From contig MFDN01000003.1 of the NCBI GenBank assembly GCA_001776935.1, positions 1-62,884 of the forward strand: a stretch of 62,884 nt of DNA, in the 5' to 3' direction. The position numbers were made by a program, and so were the translations under genes. Positions 48,739 to 57,387 of the stretch are shown piece by piece. This stretch comes from Candidatus Daviesbacteria bacterium RIFCSPLOWO2_01_FULL_39_23 (GTDB lineage: Bacteria > Patescibacteriota > Microgenomatia > Daviesbacterales > UBA10151). The notes under the pieces are model-generated. The model worked only from the letters and a program-made list of their open reading frames with translations, was not told the origin of the DNA and did not search any database. Position 1 is the stretch's first letter, and each line of letters starts with the position of its first letter.

Positions 48739-49110
48739 CTAGGAAATTTGTTCAAAAGTTCCATCAAGGTGAAGGTAGTAAGTATTAACTTCCAGATCAG
48801 GGTATTGCCCTTTAATTTTTTCGGCAGCATTTTTTAAATCTTCACTGTGTTTTTCTGCAGTACCCGCTTCTCCGTATGCTCCGCAGTCTTCGTGATTTAC
48901 GAGTATCACTTTATTAATTTGATGCAGTCTTTTGGAAATACTAACTTGTTTTAGAACATATTCAAAATCAAACACTCCTCCGGCCAGACTTACCCTATCA
49001 TAGGTTTTGGGGGCAAAATTTTCCGAGATAAATTTATTTATATATTCCTGAAAGCGGAAATCAATGCAGGTGGCTATTAATGCATCGCATGTATGGTTAC
49101 TCATAAACAA
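48739..49110 (-). CDS. minimal beta-carbonic-anhydrase-like protein
   Basis: 123 aa; C15-I-D17-F-R19 and H73-E-D-C76-G: the CxDxR...HxxCG zinc-site pattern with beta-CA-like 58-residue spacing. Confidence 0.55.
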   Translation of the reverse strand: MFMSNHTCDALIATCIDFRFQEYINKFISENFAPKTYDRVSLAGGVFDFEYVLKQVSISKRLHQINKVILVNHEDCGAYGEAGTAEKHSEDLKNAAEKIKGQYPDLEVNTYYLHLDGTFEQIS

Positions 49111-49125
49111 AGATATTACACTATT

Positions 49126-49154
49126 TTGGATTTTTTGACCAGATTTGTTATACT
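49126..49154 (+). promoter_or_regulatory. putative extended -10 promoter TTGGAT-17-(TGt)TATACT
   Basis: Read directly in the divergent spacer upstream of 49197. Confidence 0.4.
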
Positions 49155-49163
49155 ACAACCTTA

Positions 49164-49191
49164 ATTCGACCCAACAGGGGTCGGATTTTTT
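49164..49191 (+). terminator. intrinsic-terminator-like hairpin plus T5 tract, 5 nt before start codon 49197
   Basis: 9-bp stem ATTCGACCC / GGGTCGGAT (one G-U), 5-nt loop, then TTTTT. Confidence 0.4.
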
Positions 49192-49196
49192 AAAAT

Positions 49197-50723
49197 ATGC
49201 CTGAACGAATTTTAGACAGAGTGCCGCCTGAATTTCAACTAAAACCAGATTCGCAAATCCTCCGCCAGGAACTCTTGGAGGCGGATCCTTCATTGGCTTC
49301 TGATAGATTACTGCTGGAGGAGGCTCATGGATTAATTGTTTATAACAATTTTGTGGCCGGGATATATACTTCCCCCGAGCGATTAAAGGTGAGAGACATG
49401 AATAAAGTACAAGCAGAAGCTAATACTGCTGATATTGATTGCGTGGATGGGCGTCGTGGAGGGAAACAACAAGAAGAAGGTCCAACACATACCGAACCAG
49501 GCGGTTTTACTAAAAGAGCACCTAGGCTTTACCAAAGAAAAAAGCATGAATCAGGCGGAAAGCATATCCCGAGGTCAGCCTTTTTAAGGGGAGGAATTAA
49601 AGCAGCCGCTTATGAGGGTAAGGATCTAGTTGAATTTCCCAAAGGCCACTTTATGGAGGAACCTTTAAAAGATGCCAATGGTAAACATTTATCTCCTTTT
49701 CAGACCTGCGGACAGGCCGCCAAAATGCAGGATCAAGGAGAAATCAAGGATCCTGATTTAATCAGAGGCCATATTGGTAAGCTTAATGAAATAACAGTAC
49801 CAGCTGTAACTGATTGGTATGACGATTGTCTGGATATGCAGGGAAGGGATATTCTAAAAATGGTGTGTGTACCTTTGATGTTGGATGCTGAAACCAGAGG
49901 CTATGTTTTAGATCTAGACAAAAAGAATTTATATTCCCCTTTATCTGTAGCGGAATTGATAAAAGTCTATAGAGGTAGGATAGAAGCGAGTTTAGGGAAA
50001 CTAGTGGGCAGTTATGGGTCTAAGGCAGAATGGTTACTCAACCCAGCAAAAATAACTGATTTAGCTTTGGTAAGATACGAGATAACCCGCGGCTTAATGC
50101 AGGATGATCAGCTGCGCCCATTCAGAGAAGATATTTTAACCTATCTTTCTGAACATTATGCTGATTTAACTGCTCAGCAACGGCAGGGAGTATTATTTAA
50201 GTTTTCTAATAATGGTTCATTAGTTTATTTACAAGGTTCAGCCTATAAAGAAGCAGAACATCCTTATAAATGGCATAATGAAAGATGTTTAGTGATTAGC
50301 CCAGAAGGCAATCCTCCTTTTGTGTATTTCCCCGATATCCAGAGCTTTGTTGCTACACCACCCGAACCAGAGAGAACAAATATTTACGCAAACACAATGA
50401 TCGATATTTGGAATCATTATCACGAGGAGGCAAAGACAAGAAACTCGCACACTAGAATGCCAGATGAGATTTTAATATTTTTAACTACACCGGTTTATGG
50501 AGAACTTACTCAGAGGAATCATAATTATGTGGCTGCTTTAAATACTAGTGCTGAATTATTCCATCATATGATTAGTGATCCTACTAAAATTGAGAGCGAG
50601 AATGGTGCTACTAAATTTGATTTATATAAAGCTGGTAAATTAAAAGTTTTCTCATTACTTTATGATTATCAGACTAGAATTATTAGAGCAGTAGTGAATA
50701 ATCGCGCAATCGCCAACAGATGA
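49197..50723 (+). CDS. large uncharacterised protein with CsoSCA-like (beta-CA subclass) zinc-site signature
   Basis: 508 aa; DIDC82-V-D84-G-R86, H151 (+69 from Cys), QTC171GQAA. Confidence 0.4.
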   Translation: MPERILDRVPPEFQLKPDSQILRQELLEADPSLASDRLLLEEAHGLIVYNNFVAGIYTSPERLKVRDMNKVQAEANTADIDCVDGRRGGKQQEEGPTHTEPGGFTKRAPRLYQRKKHESGGKHIPRSAFLRGGIKAAAYEGKDLVEFPKGHFMEEPLKDANGKHLSPFQTCGQAAKMQDQGEIKDPDLIRGHIGKLNEITVPAVTDWYDDCLDMQGRDILKMVCVPLMLDAETRGYVLDLDKKNLYSPLSVAELIKVYRGRIEASLGKLVGSYGSKAEWLLNPAKITDLALVRYEITRGLMQDDQLRPFREDILTYLSEHYADLTAQQRQGVLFKFSNNGSLVYLQGSAYKEAEHPYKWHNERCLVISPEGNPPFVYFPDIQSFVATPPEPERTNIYANTMIDIWNHYHEEAKTRNSHTRMPDEILIFLTTPVYGELTQRNHNYVAALNTSAELFHHMISDPTKIESENGATKFDLYKAGKLKVFSLLYDYQTRIIRAVVNNRAIANR

Positions 50724-50738
50724 TATAATCAAATAATT

Positions 50739-51149
50739 ATGTCACAACTGCATTTGAAAATTGTTACCCCTGAAAAGTTAATATTAGATGAGGAAGTGTC
50801 TCAGGTTAATGTTTCCACTCAGGAAGGGGAAATCGGCATACTTCCCCATCATGCTAATTTAATGGCTAAAGTAAAACCCGGAGAGTTGGTTATCAAAAGA
50901 AGCGGTAAAATTGACTCTTTGGCAATTGGAGGAGGGTTTTTACAGGTTTCCGACAATATTGTGACAGTAATGACAGATTTAGCAACTTATGCCACTGATA
51001 TTGATGAAAGGGCTGTTGAGGAAGCTAAAAAGCGGGCAGAGCAGGCTTTGACTCAAACTTTATCTGATGAAGAATATGCAGAAACCCTGGCAAACTTGGA
51101 AAAATCTTTAGCCCAACTTCGCATCAAACGCCGCCACAAAGTTAGATAG
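50739..51149 (+). CDS. atpC: ATP synthase F1 subunit epsilon
   Basis: 136 aa; LHLKIVTPEK...GEIGILPHHANL, C-terminal helical hairpin. Confidence 0.9.
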   Translation: MSQLHLKIVTPEKLILDEEVSQVNVSTQEGEIGILPHHANLMAKVKPGELVIKRSGKIDSLAIGGGFLQVSDNIVTVMTDLATYATDIDERAVEEAKKRAEQALTQTLSDEEYAETLANLEKSLAQLRIKRRHKVR

Positions 51150-51428
51150 CTACTTATACAACTGGCTGTGAGTGCCGAGAAGTTCAAATATAACCGCATC
51201 TTTTTCTTCTGAATAAATAGCCCGCCAGTCCCCTGTGATATTGATACTTCTATAGCCTTTGTATTTGCCGGTAAGCGTGTGATTATTAAGCTGTGGATGA
51301 AACTGGTCAGCTATAAATAAGCCGAGCCGTTGGCGTAAAGCAATTTTTATGGAAAGTGGAGCTTTTTTAAGTTGTTTGTTAAAGCCTTTGGAATAATCAA
51401 TTCTGCTTAGACTTTTTTTCATCAGCAA
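51150..51428 (-). CDS. type II toxin, RelE/ParE superfamily (YafQ-like)
   Basis: 92 aa; GKYKGYRSINITGDWRAIY and GTHSQLY C-terminus; overlaps the upstream antitoxin gene. Confidence 0.7.
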   Translation of the reverse strand: MLMKKSLSRIDYSKGFNKQLKKAPLSIKIALRQRLGLFIADQFHPQLNNHTLTGKYKGYRSINITGDWRAIYSEEKDAVIFELLGTHSQLYK

Positions 51429-51699
51429 TGATTTTATCTAAGTAGTCTAAAGCATCATTGGGCTTTTTGAAAGAGATTACTCTGCCTGCTTTTATATCTT
51501 TTCTAGACTCCTTCAAGGCTTGGATCATGTATTCAGACGGTTCTTCTCTTAAGCTAAAAGTTACAGTCTTAGTTTTTATAAGCTGTCTCAAATAGCCATT
51601 TATCAGGCTGCTTAAGGATAAGCCCAGTTTTCCGGCAACTTTTTGGGCATCTTTTTTAACCTGAGGATTAATTTTAATATTAATTACTGCTGTATTCAT
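51397..51699 (-). CDS. RelB/DinJ-family antitoxin (RHH)
   Basis: 100 aa; INIKINPQVKKDAQKVAGKLGLSLSSLINGYLRQL ribbon-helix-helix-like N-terminus. Confidence 0.65.
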   Translation of the reverse strand: MNTAVINIKINPQVKKDAQKVAGKLGLSLSSLINGYLRQLIKTKTVTFSLREEPSEYMIQALKESRKDIKAGRVISFKKPNDALDYLDKIIADEKKSKQN

Positions 51700-51770
51700 A
51701 TATACATAGTATATACTTTATATATATCAGAGTCAATACCCGCTACAAAGTCAGATAGGGGTTTTAAAAG

Positions 51771-52133
51771 TTACTTAGCTTTTTTATGTTTTAACTCGTG
51801 AGCTACAACACGAACAGATTCTATTCGGGTGATCCTGACGTCGTGTTCGGAAACTTTACCAGTGATATGGTCAATTTTGCGTTCCAGTCTATCTATATCA
51901 GATTTATCTGCTTTCTCTTCGATTAGAGGCAATAGTTGGTCTTCTACAAATTTACCAATTTCACCGAGTACTCTTTTTTCAGATTTCCCTATTTCTTCCG
52001 ATAGTCTTTTTTCCAGCCTTTTTTCAGAAGCAGAAACTTCTTCTTTTACAATAGTAGTTACTTCTTCTTTTACAATAGTAGAAACTTCTTCTTTTACAAT
52101 TGTCCTGATTTGGTTTAAATCCTGTTTGTTCAT
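51771..52133 (-). CDS. hypothetical coiled-coil protein with IVKEEV(S/T)T x3 repeat
   Basis: 120 aa; charged heptads. Confidence 0.5.
   Translation of the reverse strand: MNKQDLNQIRTIVKEEVSTIVKEEVTTIVKEEVSASEKRLEKRLSEEIGKSEKRVLGEIGKFVEDQLLPLIEEKADKSDIDRLERKIDHITGKVSEHDVRITRIESVRVVAHELKHKKAK
52032..52103. repeat. 3 x 24-nt tandem repeat
   Basis: AGAAACTTCTTCTTTTACAATAGT and two near copies, read directly. Confidence 0.85.
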
Positions 52134-52184
52134 AATTTATATGATAGTTGACTTAAATTAAGAGTACAAGATGGATCAAATATA

Positions 52185-53549
52185 TCATTTGAGAATAACT
52201 TCTTTATAATACTTTTCTGCCCATTCCAATGTTTCTTTCGCTAAAGTTTCGTTCCACTTAATTAATGCATCTTTTCTAAACGTGCTTCTGTCTTTGCCGT
52301 CAATTGAATCTTTCAAATAACCAATCTGGTATTGCTGTTTGCCAGCCGGGGTTTTCCAGGCCCAGCCATGAGCTAAAAACAAATAGGCTAAAACTACTGC
52401 TTCCAAGCCAAATGGATTAAAACTCCTGTTAAAAAAAGTTTCTGAGAATTTATTTTCCCTTTGAAAAGTTTCCGTTAGGGCCTGATAAGAACCGATATCG
52501 CCGCTTAGGCTTGAACCCGGTACGTTATCAGCGCGGTATTTTAGGGGTCCTCCTGCTGAAAGTTTTTGACAAATATTTTCTAATGCTGTTATCAAGCCTT
52601 TGGCTTTACCCGGTTCCCTGCTTTCCGGGTAAGTTCTTAGCAACGCATTTTTTGCAGGCTCGTTTCCGATATGTACAAATAAGTATCTTAATCCTCTGGG
52701 AGACAGCCCCATGCCAGTTTCCCTGTTTATAAGGTAGAGCATTCCTCCCGGATTCATCAGCAGTTCATCAACGCTGTTTTCTCTGGTTTGTAAATCTACT
52801 AAATCAACCTTAGAAAAACCTGAATCTTCTTGTTTTGACAAAGCTGCCAAATCAGGTCTGAAAATTTCATAAAATTGCTCCCCGCGTAATTTTTCAAACT
52901 TACGATGCAGTATTTCTTTTGCTTCGTTGTAGCTATCTATACAAACAGCAAAGCTCTCAGGATGGAAGCGGTTATTCTCGGCCCATACCCTGTTTTCTCC
53001 GGTTAGTTGCGGTAGATTAGGGTGCCCTTTTTCGCGGAGTGAAAATCTTTTATCAAGTAATTTTCCTCGTAAGTTTGTATCAAAAACCCCTAAAAACCCG
53101 TTGTCTATTTGTTCTAAGCTTTCTGCCCACTCAACATATTCTGCTTCTTTTTGTAGCCTAATTTCAGAGGTTAGGGGTAGCGCCAGGATTTCATTAAGAC
53201 GGTTAAACCCGTGATCTATTTCTTCTTTTGGCTCATTTTGCGGAGGAGGGTCGATTTTCGTTATTTCTTTTATTGCTGGCGCAGTTTGTGATATATCCGA
53301 CTGTATTAATTGATTACTTTGGTTTTGATTTGCAGTAGGTATATCTGCTTGAGAAGCCTGGGCAGTATTGGTTCCGGAATTTACTAAAGCACCGGGTATT
53401 TTTGATGCAATATATGCAATTCCGAAAGCTGCAGCTGCTTTGCCAATTCTTTTAAGTGTTAATCTTTTGCCGGGATCTTTTGGTCCTTCAGACTCCTGAT
53501 TATTAATACTCATACTTAAAATCATAGGGTTTGTATATAAAATATGCAA
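52185..53549 (-). CDS. hypothetical membrane-anchored/secreted protein
   Basis: 454 aa; N-terminal anchor KAAAAFGIAYIASKIPGALV, Gln/Asn-rich linker, ~330-aa C-domain of unknown family. Confidence 0.5.
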   Translation of the reverse strand: MHILYTNPMILSMSINNQESEGPKDPGKRLTLKRIGKAAAAFGIAYIASKIPGALVNSGTNTAQASQADIPTANQNQSNQLIQSDISQTAPAIKEITKIDPPPQNEPKEEIDHGFNRLNEILALPLTSEIRLQKEAEYVEWAESLEQIDNGFLGVFDTNLRGKLLDKRFSLREKGHPNLPQLTGENRVWAENNRFHPESFAVCIDSYNEAKEILHRKFEKLRGEQFYEIFRPDLAALSKQEDSGFSKVDLVDLQTRENSVDELLMNPGGMLYLINRETGMGLSPRGLRYLFVHIGNEPAKNALLRTYPESREPGKAKGLITALENICQKLSAGGPLKYRADNVPGSSLSGDIGSYQALTETFQRENKFSETFFNRSFNPFGLEAVVLAYLFLAHGWAWKTPAGKQQYQIGYLKDSIDGKDRSTFRKDALIKWNETLAKETLEWAEKYYKEVILK

Positions 53550-53592
53550 ATTCGATTGGTAATTAAGCTATTGTCGTTATACAATTATCAAT

Positions 53593-54582
53593 ATGGGTGA
53601 AAAAAATCCTGATTTGAGCATAGTAATTTTAAGTTACAACGTCCGGGATTTATTACTAAATTGCCTGGAGTCAATTTTCAAAAATATTACAAAAGAAGAT
53701 AATTGGCAGGTTATTGTGGTGGATAATGCTTCAACAGACGGGTCAGTGGAGGCAGTAAAGGAAAAGTATAAGGTAGCTGAAATAAATTCAGGGATTCTTC
53801 GCTTCGCTCAGAATGACAAAAAAGGTGCTCGGAATGACAACGTTGTAGAACTAATAGAAAATAAGGAGAATTTGGGATTTGCGGCCGGGAATAACGAAGG
53901 TGTAAAATGCGCTAAAGCTCCTGTTATTTTATTTTTAAATCCTGATACTATTATTGTCGGCGATGCCATACAAAAATCTTTGGAGGTTTTACTTTCAAAT
54001 CCGGATTTAGGAGCTTTGACCTGTAAGGTGGAACTGCCTGATGGAAGATTAGACTACTCCTGCCACAGGGGCTTCCCTACTCCCTGGAATTCATTTTGTT
54101 ATTTTGGGGGAATTTCCAAAAGATTTAGAAAATCCCCAATTTTCTCTGGATACACCGCCAGTTATTTGGATATGACTAGTCCGCACGTTGTAGATTGCAT
54201 CAGCGGAACTTTTTTTATGGTCAGAAAAATAGCCGGAGAGCAGGTTGGTTTTTGGGATAAGGATTATTTTTTTAACGGCGAAGATATAGAATTTTGCTAC
54301 CGTTTAAAAGAAAAAGGATGGCAGATTTATTATTATCCGTTGGTTAAAATAATTCATTATAAAGGTTCATCTTCCGGGCTTTGGCGTACATCGGGTATGA
54401 AAGTGCAAAAGACGACAAAACTAACTTCTGCTTCTCATGCTGCTTCTGCTATGAAATTATTTTATAAAAAACACTATTATGTTAAATACCCTCCCTTGTT
54501 TCGGGATTTTGTGCTTTGGGGAATATTGCTTTTGGAAAAATACAGGAAGTTTAAAATATTAACTGGATTAAGGTATGAGTAA
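53593..54582 (+). CDS. family 2 glycosyltransferase (rhamnosyltransferase-like)
   Basis: LSIVILSYN, VVDNASTDGS, NLGFAAGNN, NPD, GEDIEFCYR. Confidence 0.85.
   Translation: MGEKNPDLSIVILSYNVRDLLLNCLESIFKNITKEDNWQVIVVDNASTDGSVEAVKEKYKVAEINSGILRFAQNDKKGARNDNVVELIENKENLGFAAGNNEGVKCAKAPVILFLNPDTIIVGDAIQKSLEVLLSNPDLGALTCKVELPDGRLDYSCHRGFPTPWNSFCYFGGISKRFRKSPIFSGYTASYLDMTSPHVVDCISGTFFMVRKIAGEQVGFWDKDYFFNGEDIEFCYRLKEKGWQIYYYPLVKIIHYKGSSSGLWRTSGMKVQKTTKLTSASHAASAMKLFYKKHYYVKYPPLFRDFVLWGILLLEKYRKFKILTGLRYE
53791..53843. repeat. MITE end fragments translated inside the GT2 gene
   Basis: GGGATTCTTCGCTTCGCTCAGAATGACA plus GCTCGGAATGACA; encodes GILRFAQNDKKGARNDN. Confidence 0.65.
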
Positions 54583-54583
54583 A

Positions 54584-54683
54584 TGTCATTCTGAGGTCGC
54601 CACAGTGACAGAAGAATCTCTTGCGAATGCAAGGTACCTCAAACAAGTTGAGAGATCCTTCGGCTAATCGCCTCAGGATGACA
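54584..54683. mobile_element. MITE-like element (TGTCATTCTGAGG...CCTCAGGATGACA)
   Basis: Inverted termini, GAAGAATCTC box, CTTGC-GAAT-GCAAG hairpin. Confidence 0.7.
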
Positions 54684-54691
54684 ATAGATAT

Positions 54692-55609
54692 ATGAGCAAT
54701 TTAAATTTATCAGTAGTTATTTTAAGCTATAACACAAAAGATGTAACCGGAAGGTGTCTTGCGAAAGCTTTGGCAGCAAAAGAGTACTGCGAAAAAAAAT
54801 TAAAAAATAAGGTAGAAGTGATAGTTTTGGATAATGCTTCTGCTGACGGTTCAGCGCTGGCTATTAAAAAAGATTTCCCAAAAGTAAAACTTATTGCCCA
54901 AAAGGAAAATCTGGGTTTTGCCAAAGGAAACAATTTAGTCATGCAAAAAATTAAAAATCCCTTTATTTTACTTTTAAATTCTGATTGTTACTTACAGGAA
55001 GAAAGTTTATATAAAGCCATTGCTTATTTTAGGGTAAATTTAAATTGTGATGTTTTAGGCGCCCGGTTAAATTATGCCAGCGGTTTGCTGCAGCCAAGCG
55101 CGGGCAGCTTGCCGAATATTTTGAATATTATTTTTTGGATTTTGGGTTTGTCTTTATTGCCGTTTTTTAATATGATAGTTTCTCCGTTTCATCCAAAAGA
55201 AAAAAAATACTTTGCCAAAGCACACAAAACCGGCTGGATTATGGGAGCTTTTTTTATGCTAAAGAAAAAAGTATATGATGTTACAGGAGGCTTTGACGAG
55301 AATTTTTTTATGCATATGGAAGAAGTTGAATGGTGCAAAAGGATTTGGCAAAAAGGCTATAAAATTTGGTATGTTCCGCAAGTTGAAGTTGTTCATTTGC
55401 ACGGCGCATCAACTAACTTTGATTTAAACGCAAGTTTTTCAAACGAACTTAAAGGAATTAAATATTATCTAAAAAAGCATTATGGCGTGTATTATTTTAT
55501 ACTCAAGCCCGTTTTAATTTTAGGCTTAATTTTAAGAATGATTGCTTTTTCGCTTTTGCGGAAAAATAAAAGAGCCAGGGTTTATTTGGAAGGATTGAAA
55601 GCCATATGA
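54692..55609 (+). CDS. family 2 glycosyltransferase
   Basis: LSVVILSYN, VLDNASADGS, NLGFAKGNN, NSD, MEEVEWCKR. Confidence 0.85.
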   Translation: MSNLNLSVVILSYNTKDVTGRCLAKALAAKEYCEKKLKNKVEVIVLDNASADGSALAIKKDFPKVKLIAQKENLGFAKGNNLVMQKIKNPFILLLNSDCYLQEESLYKAIAYFRVNLNCDVLGARLNYASGLLQPSAGSLPNILNIIFWILGLSLLPFFNMIVSPFHPKEKKYFAKAHKTGWIMGAFFMLKKKVYDVTGGFDENFFMHMEEVEWCKRIWQKGYKIWYVPQVEVVHLHGASTNFDLNASFSNELKGIKYYLKKHYGVYYFILKPVLILGLILRMIAFSLLRKNKRARVYLEGLKAI

Positions 55610-57387
55610 GAATTGCAATAATTACGCTTAATTATAATGGTAAAGAAGATACGCTGGAACTTTTGGAATCACTTCAAAAACTACAACCTACCTCCTACGA
55701 GCTACACACTATTGTAGTTGATAACGCATCTTCTGACGGCAGTGTCTCTGAAATCAAAAAGCAGTTTCCGGAAGCCAATATTTTACAAACAGGAGCTAAT
55801 TTAGGTTTTGCCGGAGGTTTTAATAAAGGTATAGATTATGCAAAAGTCTGGGGAGCAGATTATTTTTTGCTGATTAATAATGATTGTTTAATTAAAGATA
55901 CAGATTTAGTTACAAGGCTTATTGAAACTGCAAAGAAAGATGCAAAAATCGGTTTGGTTTCTCCGAAAATTTATTTTGCCCCGGGATTTGAATTTCACAA
56001 AGACAGATATAAAAGCAGTGACTTGGGAAAAATAATTTGGTATGCGGGAGGAAAATTTGACTGGGATAATATTAGTTCCATTCACAGGGGGCTTGATGAG
56101 GCGGATAGCGGACAATATGATGGCGAAGAAGAGACAGAACTTATAAGCGGAGCTTGTTTGTTGATTAAAAAAGAAGTATTGGAAAGAGTTGGTCCGCCAG
56201 CTGGCGGATTTGATGAAAGCTATTTTTTGTATTTTGAAGACAGTGATTTTGTAAAAAGAGTCAAAGATATAGGTTTTAAAACATATTACACCGGAAAGAC
56301 ATCTATATATCATAAAGTTTCCCGTTCTACAGGTATTGGTTCGCCTGTCACTGATTATTATCACACCAGAAACAGGCTTATTTTTGGAATGAAATACGCA
56401 AAAGGCAGAACTAAGTTTGCGCTGTTGCGGGAATCCATAAAACTTTTAATTTTTGGAAGACCGGCGCAAAAAAAGGGCGTTTTAGATTTTTATATGGGTG
56501 TCCATCTATTACACCCTGGAAGTGTGCAGCCACGACGAATAGAATATCCCCTGAAATTGTCTATTGGGATAGTAAACTACAACACCGCTGATTTAACAAA
56601 AAAACTCCTGATAAGTATTTTTAACAAAAACTCCGGGTTTGATCCTGAAACCATGGAAGTGATTGTTTTAGATAATGGTTTAATTGATCCCTGCAAAGAC
56701 AAAATCAAAGAATTTATTCACAGGATTAAATACCTTCAGAATAAAGAAAATGAAGGTTTTTCCAGGGGCTACAACAAAACAATAAAATTTTCCAGAGGAG
56801 AATATTATTTAATGTTGAATTCCGATATAGAAGTTTTAGAAAACGGGCTCTATGAATTAATAAAAACAGAAGACGAATTTGTGGGTAATGCTGTTTTGGG
56901 CGGGAGATTGGTCTTTCCGGATATGAGCAGTCAGGACAGCGCTTTTCATCTGCCTACTCTTTCCGGTGCTTTTGGCGAATATTTCCTGGCTAAGTGGGGG
57001 TCGTATTTTATGTTTGAACCGGAAAGCTATAAACCGGCAAGAGTGGAAGGTTTGGTTATGGCCTGTTTTATGATTCCCAAAAAGATATTAAATAAAGTAG
57101 GCCTGTTGGATGAGAAAACATTTATCTTTTTTGAAGATATTGAATACTGCCGGAGACTTAAAAAATATGGTGTACCGGTTTATTTTGCATCCCAGGCAAA
57201 ATTTATCCACCATCACGGTGCATCTACGCAAAAAATCGGCCTTGAAAAAGCCAATGAACATTTAGTCCGGGCCTCAAAGCATTATCACGGGATATTTTAT
57301 TACACACTGCTCACTTTAGTTTTACGCTTGGGCCAAAAATTCGGCCGGGTAAAAACTCCTACTTGCAGATGGACAAAAGATGATTAA
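55606..57387 (+). CDS. tandem double family 2 glycosyltransferase
   Basis: 593 aa; two complete GT2 modules (IAIITLNYNG...DNASSDGS...NLGFAGGFN...FEDSDF, and LSIGIVNYNT...NEGFSRGYN...FEDIEYC). Confidence 0.8.
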   Translation: MRIAIITLNYNGKEDTLELLESLQKLQPTSYELHTIVVDNASSDGSVSEIKKQFPEANILQTGANLGFAGGFNKGIDYAKVWGADYFLLINNDCLIKDTDLVTRLIETAKKDAKIGLVSPKIYFAPGFEFHKDRYKSSDLGKIIWYAGGKFDWDNISSIHRGLDEADSGQYDGEEETELISGACLLIKKEVLERVGPPAGGFDESYFLYFEDSDFVKRVKDIGFKTYYTGKTSIYHKVSRSTGIGSPVTDYYHTRNRLIFGMKYAKGRTKFALLRESIKLLIFGRPAQKKGVLDFYMGVHLLHPGSVQPRRIEYPLKLSIGIVNYNTADLTKKLLISIFNKNSGFDPETMEVIVLDNGLIDPCKDKIKEFIHRIKYLQNKENEGFSRGYNKTIKFSRGEYYLMLNSDIEVLENGLYELIKTEDEFVGNAVLGGRLVFPDMSSQDSAFHLPTLSGAFGEYFLAKWGSYFMFEPESYKPARVEGLVMACFMIPKKILNKVGLLDEKTFIFFEDIEYCRRLKKYGVPVYFASQAKFIHHHGASTQKIGLEKANEHLVRASKHYHGIFYYTLLTLVLRLGQKFGRVKTPTCRWTKDD

